DNA of 64,000 nucleotides from Squalus acanthias (Eukaryota), in NCBI GenBank assembly GCA_030390025.1, contig CM059438.1, positions 59,398,001 to 59,462,000 on the forward strand. The letters run 5' to 3'. The notes under the pieces were generated by a model. It did no database searches. It worked only from the letters and a program-made list of their open reading frames with translations, and had not been told where the DNA came from. Position 1 is the first letter of the stretch. Every line of letters starts with the position of its first letter. The translations under genes were made by a program, and so were the position numbers. Shown piece after piece: positions 37,418 through 51,400 of the stretch.

Positions 37418-38758
37418 CAGGTTTCCACCCTTGCCACAGTACTGAAACGGCTCTCATCAAAGTCACAAATGACATCCTTTGTGACCGTGACAAAAGTAAA
37501 CTATCCCTCCTTGTCCTTCTTGACTGGTCTGCAGCCTTTGACACGGTTGACCACTCCATCCTTCTCCAACGCCTCTCCACCGTCATCCTGCTGGGTGGGA
37601 CTGCCCTCGCCTGGTTCCATTCTTATCTATCTAATCATAGCCAGAGAATCACCCGCAATGGCTTCTCTTCCCGCTCCCACATCGTTACCTCTGGTGTCCC
37701 CCAAGGATCTATCCTTGGCCCCCTCCTATTTCTCATCTACATGTTGCCCCTTGGCGACATCATCCAAAAACACAGCATCAGTTTCCACATGTACGCTGAT
37801 GACACCCAGCTCTACCTCACTACCTCTTCACTTCACCCTTCCATGGTCTCTAAATTGTCAGACTGCTTGTTCGACATCCAGTTCTGGATGAGCAGAAATT
37901 TTCTCCAATTAAATATTGGGAAGACCGAAGCCATTGTTTTTGGGCCCCGCCACCAATTCCGTTCCCTAGTCACTGACTTCACCCCTCTCCCTAGCATCTG
38001 TCTGAGGCTGAACCAGACTGTTCGCAACCTTGGTGTCATATTTGACCCTGAAATGAGCTTCCAACCGCATATCCGCAGCATAACTAAGACCGCCTATTTC
38101 CACCTCCGTAACATCGCCCTGTCTCCGCCCCTGCCTCAGCTCATCCGCTGCTGAAACCCTCATCCATGCCTTTGTTACCTCTAGACTTGACTATTCCAAC
38201 ACACTCCTGGCTGGCCTCCCACATTCCACCCTACGTAAACTTGAGATCATCCAAAACTCGGCTGCCCGTGTCCTAACTCGCACCAAGTCCCGTTCGCCCA
38301 TCACCCCCTGTGCTCACTGACCTACATTGGCTCCCGGTTAAGCAACGCCTCGATTTCAAAATTCTCATCCTTGTTTTCAAATCCCTCCATGGCCTCGCCC
38401 CTCCCTATCTCTGTAATCTCCTTCAGCCCCACAACCCCCCAAGATATCTGTGCTCCTCTAATTCTGGCCTCTTGAGTATCCCTGATTATAATCGCTCAAC
38501 CTTTGGTGGCCGTGCCTTCTGTTGCCTAGGCCCTAACCTCTAGAATTCCCTGCCTAAACCTCTCTGCCTTGCTACCTCTCTCTCCTCCTTTAAGATGCTC
38601 CTTAAAACCTACCTCTTTGACCAAGCTGTTGGTCACCTGCCCTAATTTATCCTTATGTCGCTCGGTGTCAAATTTTTTGTCTTACAATACTCCTGTGCAG
38701 CGCCTTGGGACATTTTACTACGTTAAAGGCGCTATATAAATACAAGTTGTTGTTGTTG
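37418..38758 (+). mobile_element. 5'-truncated L2-clade LINE with reverse transcriptase remnant and (GTT)n tail
   Basis: GF.P.HSTETAL, AAFDTVDH, GVPQGSILGPLLF, YADDTQL and LNIGKTE. Frameshift near 38120. 3' end AAAGGCGCTATATAAATACAAGTTGTTG. Confidence 0.93.
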
Positions 38759-38799
38759 TAAGGGGAAATTGTGGTCAATTCTAAATCTGTGACAAAGGG

Positions 38800-39395
38800 G
38801 GACCCCGAGCTTCCGGTGGCCTGTCACTCCCACTCTGATCTCACCGTCCTCGGCCTCTTGCATTGTTCCACGGAAGCTCAGCGTAAGCTCGAGGAACAGC
38901 ACCTCATCTTTCGATTAGGCACTCACCAGCCCTCTGGACTCAACATAGAGTTCAACAATTTCAGATCATAACCTCGGCCCCTATCACATATATATATTAC
39001 TTTTTTTATCCCCACTTTTTGTTTGACCCCTTTTTTTCTTCCCTCCCACATGACAGCTGTCCTTCATTCTGCCAGCGCAATTCACACTTCATCTAGAGCC
39101 ATCCTTTGTTCCTTAACCTGTCCCATTACCGCCTGCTCTTGCCTTGAATATCTCTTAATGTCTCTCAATGTCTCTCAAATCTCTCCTGCTTTCTATCCTA
39201 TCTGACCTTCCCTTTTATTCTTTCATCCCCTCCCCCTTTTCCCAGCCCCTAACTTGCTTTAAAATCTATTCCATTTCCTGCTTTTTTCCAGTTCTGACGA
39301 AAGGTCTTCGACCTGAAACGTTAACTCTGTTTCTCTCTCCACGGATGCTGCCTGGCCTGCTGAGTCTTTCCAGCATTTTCTGTTGTTATTTCGAA
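38800..39395 (+). mobile_element. Penelope-like element 3' remnant (GIY-YIG C-terminus plus pLTR-like end)
   Basis: QRKLEEQHLIFRLGTHQPSGLNIEF matches the C-terminal R...E...I..L.T..P.GLN motif of PLE endonucleases. It is followed by a pyrimidine-rich UTR and a hammerhead-like motif. Confidence 0.75.
39290..39326 (+). ncRNA. Minimal type I hammerhead-ribozyme-like motif
   Basis: AGTT-CTGACGA-a-AGGTC(ttc)GACCT-GAAA-CGT-T-AACT: core boxes CUGANGA and GAAA, stem II, palindromic ACGT stem III and stem I AGTT/AACT. Confidence 0.6.
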
Positions 39396-39427
39396 TAAAT
39401 AAAGGTCTTCTTTCCGTTGTGTAAGCT

Positions 39428-42400
39428 GGGGTTCAGCTGCTAGCACTCGCACCTCCGAGTCTGAAGTTTGTGGATTCAAGTCCCACTCGAAAGACTTTAG
39501 ACCTACCCTGACAGTCCAGTGAAGTACTGAGGGAGCGCTGCACTGTCGGAGGGGCAGTACTGAGGGAGCGCTGCACTGTCGGAGGGGCAGTACTGAGGGA
39601 GAGCTGCACTGTCAGAGGGGCAGTACTGAGGGAGCGCTGCACTGTCAGTGGGGCAGTACTGAGGGAGAGCCGCACTGCCAGAGGGGCAGTACTGAGGGAG
39701 CGCTGCACTGTCAGAGGGGCAGTACTGAGGGAGTGCTGCACTGTCAGAGGGGCAGCACTGAGAGAGCGCTGCACTGTCGGAGGGGCAGCGCTGAGGGAGT
39801 GCTGCACTGTCGGAGGGGCAGTAATGAGGGAGCGCTGCACTGTTGGAGGAGCAGTACTGAGGGAGCGCTGCACTGTCGGAGGGGCAGTACTGAGGCAGCG
39901 CTGCACTGTCGGAGGGTCAGTACTGAGGGAGCGCTGCACTGTCAGAGGGGCAGTACTGAGGGAGCGCTGCACTGTCAGAGGGGCAGTACTGAGGGAGCGC
40001 TGCACTGTCAGTGGGGCAGTACTGAGGGAGAGCTGCACTGCCAGAGGGGCAGTACTGAGGGAGCGCGGCACTGTCAGAGGGGCAGTACTGAGGGAGTGCT
40101 GCACTGTCAGAGGGGCAGCACTGAGGGAGTGCTGCACTGTCAGAGGGGCAGCACTGAGGGAGCGCTGCACTGTCGGAGGGGCAGTACTGAGGGAGCGCTG
40201 CACTGTCGGAGGAGCAGTACTGAGGGAGCGCTGCACTGTCGGAGGGGCAGTACTGAGGGAGCGCTGCACTGTCGGAGGGTCAGTACTGAGGGAGCGCTGC
40301 ACTGTCAGAGGGGCAGTACTGAGGGAGCGCTGCACTGTCAGTGGGGCAGTACTGAGGGAGAGCTGCACTGCCACAGGGGCAGTACTGAGGGAGCGCTGCA
40401 CTGTCAGAGGGGCAGTACTGAGGGAGTGCTGCACTGTCAGAGGGGCAGCACTGAGGGAGCGCTGCACTGTCGGAGGGGCAGTGCTGAGGGAGCGCTGCAC
40501 TGTCGGAGGGGCAGTACTGAGGGAGCGCTGCACTATCGGAGGGGCAGTACTGAGGGAGCGCTGCACTGTCGGAGGAGCAGTACTGAGGGAGCGCTGCACT
40601 GTCGGAGGGGCAGTACTGAGGGAGCGCTGCACTGTCGGAGGGTCAGTACTGAGGGAGCGCTGCAATGTCGAAGAGGCCGTACTTATGGAGCGCCGCACTG
40701 TCAGAGTGGCAGTACTGAGGGAGCGCTGCACTGTCAGAGGGGCAGTACTGAGGGAGTGCTGCACTGTCGGAGGGACAGTACTGAGGGAGTGCTGCACTGT
40801 CGGAGGGGCTGTATTGAGGGAGTGCTGCACTGTCGAAGGGGCAGTACTGAGGGAGTGCAGCACTGTCGGAGGGGCAGTACTGAGGGAGCGCTGCACTGTC
40901 GAGGGGCAGTACTGAGGGAGCGCTGCACTGTTGGAGGGGCAGTACTGAGGGAGCGCTGCACTGTCGGAGGGGCGGTACTGAGTGAGCACTGCACTGTCGA
41001 GGGGCAGTACTGAGGGAGCGCTGCACTGTCGAAGGGCCAGTACTGAGGGAGCACTGCACTGTCAGAGGGTCAGTACTGAGGGAGCGCTGCACAGTCGAAG
41101 AGGCAGTACTTATGGAGCGTTGCACTGTCAGAGCGGCAGTACTGAGGGAGCACTGCACTGTCAGAGGGGCTTTTCTGAGGGAGTGCTGCAATGTCGAAGG
41201 GGCAGTACTGAGGGAGCGCTGCACCGTCGAGGGGCAGTACTGAGGGAGTGCAGCACTGTCGGAGGGACAGTACTAAGGGAGCGCTGCACTGTCGAAGGGC
41301 AGTACTGAGGGAGTGCGGCACAGTCGGAGGGGCAGTACTGAGGGAGCTCTGCACTGTCGGAGGGGCAGTACTGAGGGAGTGCTGCACTGTCGGAGGGGCT
41401 GTACTGAGGGAGCGCTGCACCGTCGAGGGGCAGTACAGAGGGAGCGCTGCGCTGTCGAGGGACAGTACTGAGGGAGTGCAGCACTGTCGGAGGGACAGTA
41501 CTAAGGGAGCGCTGCACTGTCGAGGGGCAGTACTGAGGGAGCTCTGCGCTGTCGGAGGGGCAGTACTGAGGGAGCGCTGCACTGTCAGAGGGTCAGTACT
41601 GAGGGAGCTCTGCATTGTCAGAGGGGCAGTACTGATGGAGTGCTGCACTGTCAGTGGGGCAGTACTGAGGGAGAGCTGCACTGCCACAGGGGTAGTACTG
41701 AGGGAGCGCTGCACTGTCAGAGGGGCAGTACTGAGGGAGTGCTGCACTGTCAGAGGGGCAGCACTGAGGGAGCGCTGCACTGTCGGAGGGGCAGTGCTGA
41801 GGGAGCGCTGCACTGTTGGAGGGGCAGTACTGAGGGAGCACTGCACTGTCGGAGGGGCAGTACTGAGGGAGCGCTGCACTGTCGGAGGAGCAGTACTGAG
41901 GGAGCGCTGCACTGTCGGAGGGGCAGTACTGAGGGAGCGCTGCACTGTCGGAGGGTCAGTACTGAGGGAGCGCTGCACTGTCAGAGGGGCAGTACTGAGG
42001 GAGTGCTGCACTGTCAGAGGGGCAGCACTGAGGGAGCGCTGCACTGTCGGAGGGGCAGTGCTGAGGGAGCGCTGCACTGTCGGAGGGGCAGTACTGAGGG
42101 AGCTCTGCACTGTCGGAGTGGCAGTACTGAGGGAGCGCTGCACTGTCGGAGGGTCAGTACTGAGGGAGCGCTGCACTGCCACAGGGGTAGTACTGAGGGA
42201 GCGCTGCACTGTCAGAGGGGCAGTACTGAGGGAGTGCTGCACTGTCAGAGGGGCAGCACTGAGGGAGCGCTGCACTGTCGGAGGGGCAGTGCTGAGGGAG
42301 CGCTGCACTGTTGGAGGGGCAGTACTGAGGAAGCACTGCACTGTCGGAGGGGCAGTACTGAGGGAGCGCTGCACCGTCGGAGGAGCAGTACTGAGGGAGC

Positions 42401-45400
42401 GCTGCACTGTCGGAGGGGCAGTACTGAGGGAGCGCTGCACTGTCGGAGGGTCAGTACTGAGGGAGCGCTGCACTGTCAGAGGGGCAGTACTGAGGGAGTG
42501 CTGCACTGTCAGAGGGGCAGCACTGAGGGAGCGCTGCACTGTCGGAGGGGCAGTGCTGAGGGAGCGCTGCACTGTCGGAGGGGCAGTACTGAGGGAGCTC
42601 TGCACTGTCGGAGTGGCAGTACTGAGGGAGCGCTGCACTGTCGGAGGGTCAGTACTGAGGGAGCGCTGCACTGTCAGAGGGGCAGTACTGAGGGAGCGCT
42701 GCACTGTCAGAGGGGCAGTACTGAGGGAGTGCTACACTGTCAGAGGGGCAGCACTGAGGGAGCGCTGCACTGTCGGAGGGGCAGTGCTGAGGGAGCGCTG
42801 CACTGTTGCAGGGGCAGTACTGAGGGAGCGCTGCACTGTCGGAGGAGCAGTACTGAGGGAGCGCTGCACTGTCGGAGGAGCATACTGAGGGAGTGCTGCA
42901 CTGTCGGAGGGGCAGTACTGAGGGAGCGCTGCACTGTCAGAGGGTCAGTACTGAGGGAGCGCTGCACAGTCGAAGAGGCAGTACTTATGGAGCGCTGCAC
43001 TGTCAGAGCGGCAGTACTGAGGGAGCACTGCACTGTCAGAGGGGCTTTTCTGAGGGAGTGCTGCACTGTCGAAGGGGCAGTACTGAGGGAGCGCTGCACC
43101 GTCGAGGGGCAGTACTGAGGGAGCGCTGCACTGTCGAGGGGCAGTACTGATGGAGTGCAGCACTGTCGGAGGGACAGTACTAAGGGTGCGCTGCACTGTC
43201 GAGGGGCAGTACTGAGGGAGTGCGGCACAGTCGGAGGGGCAGTACTGAGGGAGCTCTGCACTGTCGGAGGGGCAGTACTGAGGGAGCGCTGCACTGTCGA
43301 AGGGCCAGTACTGAGGGAGCACTGCACTGTCAGAGGGTCAGTACTGAGGGAGTGCTGCACTGTCGGAGGGGCTGTACTGAGGGAGCGCTGCACCGTCGAG
43401 GGGCAGTACTGAGGGAGCGCTGCGCTGTCGGAGGGGCAGTACTGAGGGAGCGCTGCACTGTCAGAGGGTCAGTACTGAGGGAGCACTGCATTGTCAGAGG
43501 GGCAGTACTGATGGAGTGCTGCACTGTCGGAGGAGCAGTACTGAGGGAGCTCTGCACTGTCGGAGGGGCAGTACTGAGGGAGCGCTGCACTGTCGGAGGG
43601 TCAGTACTGAGGGAGCGCTGCACTGTCAGAGGGGCAGTACTGAGGGAGCGCTGCACTGTCAGTGGGGCAGTACTGAGGGAGAGCTGCACTGCCACAGGGG
43701 TAGTACTGAGGGAGCGCTGCACTGTCAGAGGGGCAGTACTGAGGGAGTGCTGCACTGTCAGAGGGGCAGCACTGAGGGAGCGCTGCACTGTCGGAGGGGC
43801 AGTGCTGAGGGAGCGCTGCACTGTTGGAGGGGCAGTACTGAGGGAGCACTGCACTGTCGGAGGGGCAGTACTGAGGGAGCGCTGCACCGTCGGAGGAGCA
43901 GTACTGAGGGAGCGCTGCACTGTCGGAGGGGCAGTACTGAGGGAGCGCTGCACTGTCGGAGGGTCAGTACTGAGGGAGCGCTGCACTGTCAGAGGGGAAG
44001 TACTGAGGGAGTGCTGCACTGTCAGAGGGGCAGCACTGAGGGAGCGCTGCACTGTCGGAGGGGCAGTGCTGAGGGAGCGCTGCACTGTCGGAGGGGCAGT
44101 ACTGAGGGAGCTCTGCACTGTCGGAGTGGCAGTACTGAGGGAGCGCTGCACTGTCGGAGGGTCAGCACTGAGGGAGCGCTGCACTGTCAGAGGGGCAGTA
44201 CTGAGGGAGCGCTGCACTGTCAGAGGGGCAGTACTGAGGGAGTGCTACACTGTCAGAGGGGCAGCACTGAGGGAGCGCTGCACGGTCGGAGGGGCAGTGC
44301 TGAGGGAGCGCTGCACTGTTGCAGGGGCAGTACTGAGGGAGCGCTGCACTGTCAGAGGGGCAGTACTGAGGGAGCGCTGCACTTACGGAGGAGCAGTACT
44401 GAGGGAGTGCTGCACTGTCGGAGGGGCAGTAGTGAGGGAGCGCTGCACTGTCAGAGGGTCAGTACTGAGGGAGCGCTGCACAGTCGAAGAGGCAGTACTT
44501 ATGGAGCGCTGCACTGTCAGAGCGGCAGTACTGAGGGAGCACTGCACTGTTAGAGGGGCTTTTCTGAGGGAGTGCTGCACTGTCGAAGGGGCAGTACTGA
44601 GGGAGCGCTGCACCGTCGAGGGGCAGTACTGAGGGAGCGCTGCACTGTCGAGGGGCAGTACTGAGGGAGTGCAGCACTGTCGGAGGGACAGTACTAAGGG
44701 TGCGCTGCACTGTCGAGGGGCAGTACTGAGGGAGTGCGGCACAGTCGGAGGGGCAGTACTGAGGGAGCTCTGCACTGTCGGAGGGGCAGTACTGAGGGAG
44801 CGCTGCACTGTCGAAGGGCCAGTACTGAGGGAGCACTGCACTGTCAGAGGGTCAGTACTGAGGGAGTGCTGCACTGTCGGAGGGGCTGTACTGAGGGAGC
44901 GCTGCACCGTCGAGGGGCAGTACTGAGGGAGCGCTGCGCTGTCGAGGGACAGTACTGAGGGAGTGCAGCACTGTCGGAGGGACAGTACAAAGGGAGCGCT
45001 GCACTGTCGAGGGGCAGTACTGAGGGAGCTCTGCACTGTCGGAGGGGCAGTACTGAGGGAGCGCTGCACTGTCAGAGGGTCAGTACTGAGGGAGCTCTGC
45101 ATTGTCAGAGGGGCAGTACTGAGGGAGTGCTGCACTGTCGGAGGAGCAGTACTGAGGGAGCTCTGCACTGTTGGAGGGGCAGTACTGAGGGAGCGCTGCA
45201 CTGTCAGAGGGGCAGTACTGAGGGAGCGCTGCACTGTCAGTGGGGCAGTACTGAGGGAGAGCTGCACTGCCAGAGGGGCAGTACTGAGGGAGCGCTGCAC
45301 TGTCAGAGGGGCAGTACTGAGGGAGTGCTGCACTGTCAGAGGGGCAGCACTGAGGGAGCGCTGCACTGTCGAGGGGCAGTACTGAGGGAGTGCGGCACAG

Positions 45401-48400
45401 TCGGAGGGGCAGTACTGAGGGAGCTCTGCACTGTCGGAGGGGCAGTACTGAGGGAGCGCTGCACTGTCGAAGGGCCAGTACTGAGGGAGCACTGCACTGT
45501 CAGAGGGTCAGTACTGAGGGAGTGCTGCACTGTCGGAGGGGCTGTACTGAGGGAGCGCTGCACCGTCGAGGGGCAGTACTGAGGGAGCGCTGCGCTGTCG
45601 AGGGACAGTACTGAGGGAGTGCAGCACTGTTGGAGGGACAGTACTAAGAGAGCGCTGCACTGTCGAGGGGCAGGACTGAGGGAGCTCTGCACTGTCGGAG
45701 GGGCAGTACTGAGGGAGCGCTGCACTGTCAGAGGGTCAGTACTGAGGGAGCTCTGCATTGTCAGAGGGGCAGTACTGAGGGAGTGCTGCACTGCCACAGG
45801 GGCAGTACTGAGGGAGCGCTGCACTGTCAGAGGGGCAGCACTGAGGGAGTGCTGCACTGTCAGAGGGGCAGCACTGACGGAGCGCTGCACTGTCAGAGGG
45901 TCAGTACTGAGGGAGCTCTGCATTGTCAGTGGGGCAGTACTGAGGGAGAGCTGCACTGCCACAGGGGCAGTACTGAGGGAGCGCTGCACTGTCAGAGGGG
46001 CAGTACTGAGGGAGTGCTGCACTGTCAGAGGGGCAGCACTGAGGGAGCGCTGCACTGTCGGAGGGGCAGTGCTGAGGGAGCGCTGCACTGTTGGAGGGGC
46101 AGTACTGAGGGAGCGCTGCACTGTCGGAGGGGCAGTACTGAGGGAGCTCTGCACTGTCGGAGGGGCAGTACTGAGGGAGCGCTGCACTGTCGGAGGATCA
46201 GTACTGAGGGAGCGCTGCACTGTCAGAGGGGCAGTACTGAGGGAGCGCTGCACTGTCAGAGGGGCAGTACTGAGGGAGTGCTGCACTGTCAGAGGGGCAG
46301 CACTGAGGGAGCGCTGCACTGTCGGAGGGGCAGTGCTGAGGGAGCGCTGCACTGTTGCAGGGGCAGTACTGATGGAGCGCTGCACTTTCGGAGGGGCAGT
46401 ACTGAGGGAGGGCTGCACTGTCGGAGGGGCAGTACTGAGGGAGCGCTGCACTGTCAGAGCGGCAGTACTGAGGGAGCACTGCACTGTCAGAGGGGCTTTT
46501 CTGAGGGAGTGCTGCACTGTCGAAGGGGCAGTACTGAGGGAGCGCTGCACCGTCGAGGGGCAGTACTGAGGGAACGCTGCGCTAGTGAGGGGCAGTACTG
46601 AGGGAGTGCAGCACTGTCGGAGGGACAGTACTAAGGGAGCGCTGCACTGTCGAGGGGCAGTACTGAGGGAGCTCTGCACTGTCGGAGGGGCAGTACTGAG
46701 GGAGTGCTGCACTGTCGAAGGGCCAGTACTGAGGGAGCACTGCACTGTCAGAGGGTCAGTACTGAGGGAGTGCTGCACTGTCGGAGGGGCTGTACTGAGG
46801 GTGCGCTGCACCGTCGAGGGGCAGTACTGAGGGAGCGCTGCGCTGTCGAGGGGCAGTACTGAGGGAGTGCAGCACTGTCGGAGGGACAGTACTAAGGGAG
46901 CGCTGCACTGTCGAGGGGCAGTACTGAGGGAGCTCTGCACTGTCGGAGGGGCAGTACTGAGGGAGCACTGCACTCTCAGATGGGCAGTACCAAGGGAGCG
47001 CCGCACTGTCAGAGGGTCAGTAGTGAGGGAGCTCTGCACTGTCGGAGGGGCTGTACTGAGGGAGCGCTGCTCTGTCAGAGGGTCAGTACTGAGGGAGCTC
47101 TGCACTGTCGGAGGGGCAGTACTGAGGGAGCTCTGCACTGTCAGAGGGGCAGTACTGAGGGAGCTGTGCACTGTCGGAGGGGCAGTACTGAGGGAGCTCC
47201 GCACTGTCGGAGGGGCAGTACTGAGGGAGCTCTGCACTGTCGGAGGGGCAGTACTGATGGAGTGCTGCACTGTCAGAGGGGCAGTACCGACAAGCGCCAC
47301 ACTATCGGAGGGGCAGTACTGAGGGAGCTCTACACTGTTAGAGGGGCAGTACTGAGGGAGTGCTGCACTGTCGGAGGGGCAGTGCTGAGGGAGTGCTGCA
47401 CTGCCTGAGGGACAGTACCAAGGGAGCGCCGCACTGTCGGAGGGGCAGTACTGAGGGAGCGCTGCACTGTCAGAGGGGCAGTACCGATGGAGCACCACAC
47501 TGTCGGAGGGGCAGTACTGAGGGAGCTCTACACTGTTAGAGGGGCAGTACTGAGGGAGCGCTGCACTGTCAGAGGGGCAGTGCTGAGGGAACGCTGCACT
47601 GTCGAAGGGGCAGTACTGATGGAGTGCTGCACATTCAGAGGTGCAGTACTGAGGGAGCGCTGCACCGTCGAGGGGCAGTACTGAGGGAGTGCAGCACTGT
47701 CGGAGGGACAGTACTAAGGGAGCGCTGCACTGTTGAGGGGCAGTACTGAGGGAGTGCGGCACTGTCGGAGGGGCAATACTGAGGGAGCTCTGCACTGACG
47801 GAGGGGCAGTACTGAGGGAGCGCCGCACTGTCAGAGGGTCAGTACTGAGGGAGCTCTGCACTGTCGGAGGGGCTGTACTGAGGGAGCACTGCACTGTCGG
47901 AGGGGCAGTACTGAGGGAGCGCTGCACTATCGGAGGGGCAGTACTGAGGGAGCGCTGCACTGTCGGAGGAGCAGTACTGAGGGAGCGCTGCACTGTCGGA
48001 GGGGCAGTACTGAGGGAGCGCTGCACTGTCGGAGGGTCAGTACTGAGGGAGCGCTGCAATGTCGAAGAGGCCGTACTTATGGAGCGCCGTACTGTCAGAG
48101 TGGCAGTACTGAGGGAGTGCTGCACTGTCGGAGGGACAGTACTGAGGGAGTGCTGCACTGTCGGAGGGGCTGTATTGAGGGAGTGCTGCACTGTCGAAGG
48201 GGCAGTACTGAGGGAGTGCAGCACTGTCGGAGGGGCAGTACTGAGGGAGCGCTGCACTGTCGAGGGGTAGTACTGAGGGAGCGCTGCACTGTTGGAGGGG
48301 CAGTACTGAGGGAGCGCTGCACTGTCGGAGGGGCGGTACTGAGTGAGCACTGCACTGTCGAGGGGCAGTACTGAGGGAGCGCTGCACTGTCGAAGGGCCA

Positions 48401-51400
48401 GTACTGAGGGAGCACTGCACTGTCAGAGGGTCAGTACTGAGGGAGCGCTGCACAGTCGAAGAGGCAGTACTTATGGAGCGCTGCACTGTCAGAGCGGCAG
48501 TACTGAGGGAGCACTGCACTGTCAGAGGGGCTTTTCTGAGGGAGTGCTGCAATGTCGAAGGGGCAGTACTGAGGGAGCGCTGCACCGTCGAGGGACAGTA
48601 CTGAGGGAGCGCTGCACTGTCGAGGGGCAGTACTGAGGGAGTGCAGCACTGTCGGAGGGACAGTACTAAGGGAGCGCTGCACTGTCGAAGGGCAGTACTG
48701 AGGGAGTGCGGCACAGTCGGAGGGGCAGTACTGAGGGAGCTCTGCACTGTCGGAGGGGCAGTACTGAGGGAGCGCTGCACTGTCAAAGGGCCAGTACTGA
48801 GGGAGCACTGCACTGTCAGAGGGTCAGTACTGAGGGAGTGCTGCACTGTCGGAGGGGCTGTACTGAGGGAGCGCTGCACCGTCGAGGGGCAGTACAGAGG
48901 GAGCGCTGCGCTGTCGAGGGACAGTACTGAGGGAGTGCAGCACTGTCGGAGGGACAGTACTAAGGGAGCGCTGCACTGTCGAGGGGCAGTACTGAGGGAG
49001 CTCTGCACTGTCGGAGGGGCAGTACTGAGGGAGCGCTGCACTGTCAGAGGGTCAGTACTGAGGGAGCTCTGCATTGTCAGAGGGGCAGTACTGATGGAGT
49101 GCTGCACTGTCGGAGGAGCAGTACTGAGGGAGCTCTGCACTGTCGGAGGGGCAGTACTGAGGGAGTGCTGCACTGTCGGAGGGTCAGTACTGAGGGAGCG
49201 CTGCACTGTCAGAGGGGCAGTACTGAGGGAGCGCTGCACTGTCAGTGGGGCAGTACTGAGGGAGAGCTGCACTGCCACAGGGGTAGTACTGAGGGAGCGC
49301 TGCACTGTCAGAGGGGCAGTACTGAGGGAGTGCTGCACTGTCAGAGGGGCAGCACTGAGGGAGCGCTGCACTGTCGGAGGGGCAGTGCTGAGGGAGCGCT
49401 GCACTGTTGGAGGGGCAGTACTGAGGGAGCACTGCACTGTCGGAGGGGCAGTACTGAGGGAGCGCTGCACTGTCGGAGGAGCAGTACTGAGGGAGCGCTG
49501 CACTGTCGGAGGGGCAGTACTGAGGGAGCGCTGCACTGTCGGAGGGTCAGTACTGAGGGAGCGCTGCACTGTCAGAGGGGCAGTACTGAGGGAGTGCTGC
49601 ACTGTCAGAGGGGCAGCACTGAGGGAGCGCTGCACTGTCGGAGGGGCAGTGCTGAGGGAGCGCTGCACTGTCGGAGGGGCAGTACTGAGGGAGCTCTGCA
49701 CTGTCGGAGTGGCAGTACTGAGGGAGCGCTGCACTGTCGGAGGGTCAGTACTGAGGGAGCGCTGCACTGTCAGAGGGGCAGTACTGAGGGAGCGCTGCAC
49801 TGTCAGAGGGGCAGTACTGAGGGAGTGCTACACTGTCAGAGGGGCAGCACTGAGGGAGCGCTGCACTGTCGGAGGGGCAGTGCTGAGGGAGCGCTGCACT
49901 GTTGCAGGGGCAGTACTGAGGGAGCGCTGCACTGTCGGAGGAGCAGTACTGAGGGAGCGCTGCACTGTCGGAGGAGCATACTGAGGGAGTGCTGCACTGT
50001 CGGAGGGGCAGTACTGAGGGAGCGCTGCACTGTCAGAGGGTCAGTACTGAGGGAGCGATGCACAGTCGAAGAGGCAGTACTTATGGAGCGCTGCACTGTC
50101 AGAGCGGCAGTACTGAGGGAGCACTGCACTGTCAGAGGGGCTTTTCTGAGGGAGTGCTGCACTGTCGAAGGGGCAGTACTGAGGGAGCGCTGCACCGTCG
50201 AGGGGCAGTACTGAGGGAGCGCTGCACTGTCGAGGGGCAGTACTGATGGAGTGCAGCACTGTCGGAGGGACAGTACTAAGGGTGCGCTGCACTGTCGAGG
50301 GGCAGTACTGAGGGAGTGCGGCACAGTCGGTGGGGCAGTACTGAGGGAGCTCTGCACTGTCGGAGGGGCAGTACTGAGGGAGCGCTGCACTGTCGAAGGG
50401 CCAGTACTGAGGGAGCACTGCACTGTCAGAGGGTCAGTACTGAGGGAGTGCTGCACTGTCGGAGGGGCTGTACTGAGGGAGCGCTGCACCGTCGAGGGGC
50501 AGTACTGAGGGAGCGCTGCGCTGTCGGAGGGGCAGTACTGAGGGAGCGCTGCACTGTCAGAGGGTCAGTACTGAGGGAGCACTGCATTGTCAGAGGGGCA
50601 GTACTGATGGAGTGCTGCACTGTCGGAGGAGCAGTACTGAGGGAGCTCTGCACTGTCGGAGGGGCAGTACTGAGGGAGCGCTGCACTGTCGGAGGGTCAG
50701 TACTGAGGGAGCGCTGCACTGTCAGAGGGGCAGTACTGAGGGAGCGCTGCACTGTCAGTGGGGCAGTACTGAGGGAGAGCTGCACTGCCACAGGGGTAGT
50801 ACTGAGGGAGCGCTGCACTGTCAGAGGGGCAGTACTGAGGGAGTGCTGCACTGTCAGAGGGGCAGCACTGAGGGAGCGCTGCACTGTCGGAGGGGCAGTG
50901 CTGAGGGAGCGCTGCACTGTTGGAGGGGCAGTACTGAGGGAGCACTGCACTGACGGAGGGGCAGTACTGAGGGAGCGCTGCACCGTCGGAGGAGCAGTAC
51001 TGAGGGAGCGCTGCACTGTCGGAGGGGCAGTACTGAGGGAGCGCTGCACTGTCGGAGGGTCAGTACTGAGGGAGCGCTGCACTGTCAGAGGGGAAGTACT
51101 GAGGGAGTGCTGCACTGTCAGAGGGGCAGCACTGAGGGAGCGCTGCACTGTCGGAGGGGCAGTGCTGAGGGAGCGCTGCACTGTCGGAGGGGCAGTACTG
51201 AGGGAGCTCTGCACTGTCGGAGTGGCAGTACTGAGGGAGCGCTGCACTGTCGGAGGGTCAGCACTGAGGGAGCGCTGCACTGTCAGAGGGGCAGTACTGA
51301 GGGAGCGCTGCACTGTCAGAGGGGCAGTACTGAGGGAGTGCTACACTGTCAGAGGGGCAGCACTGAGGGAGCGCTGCACGGTCGGAGGGGCAGTGCTGAG

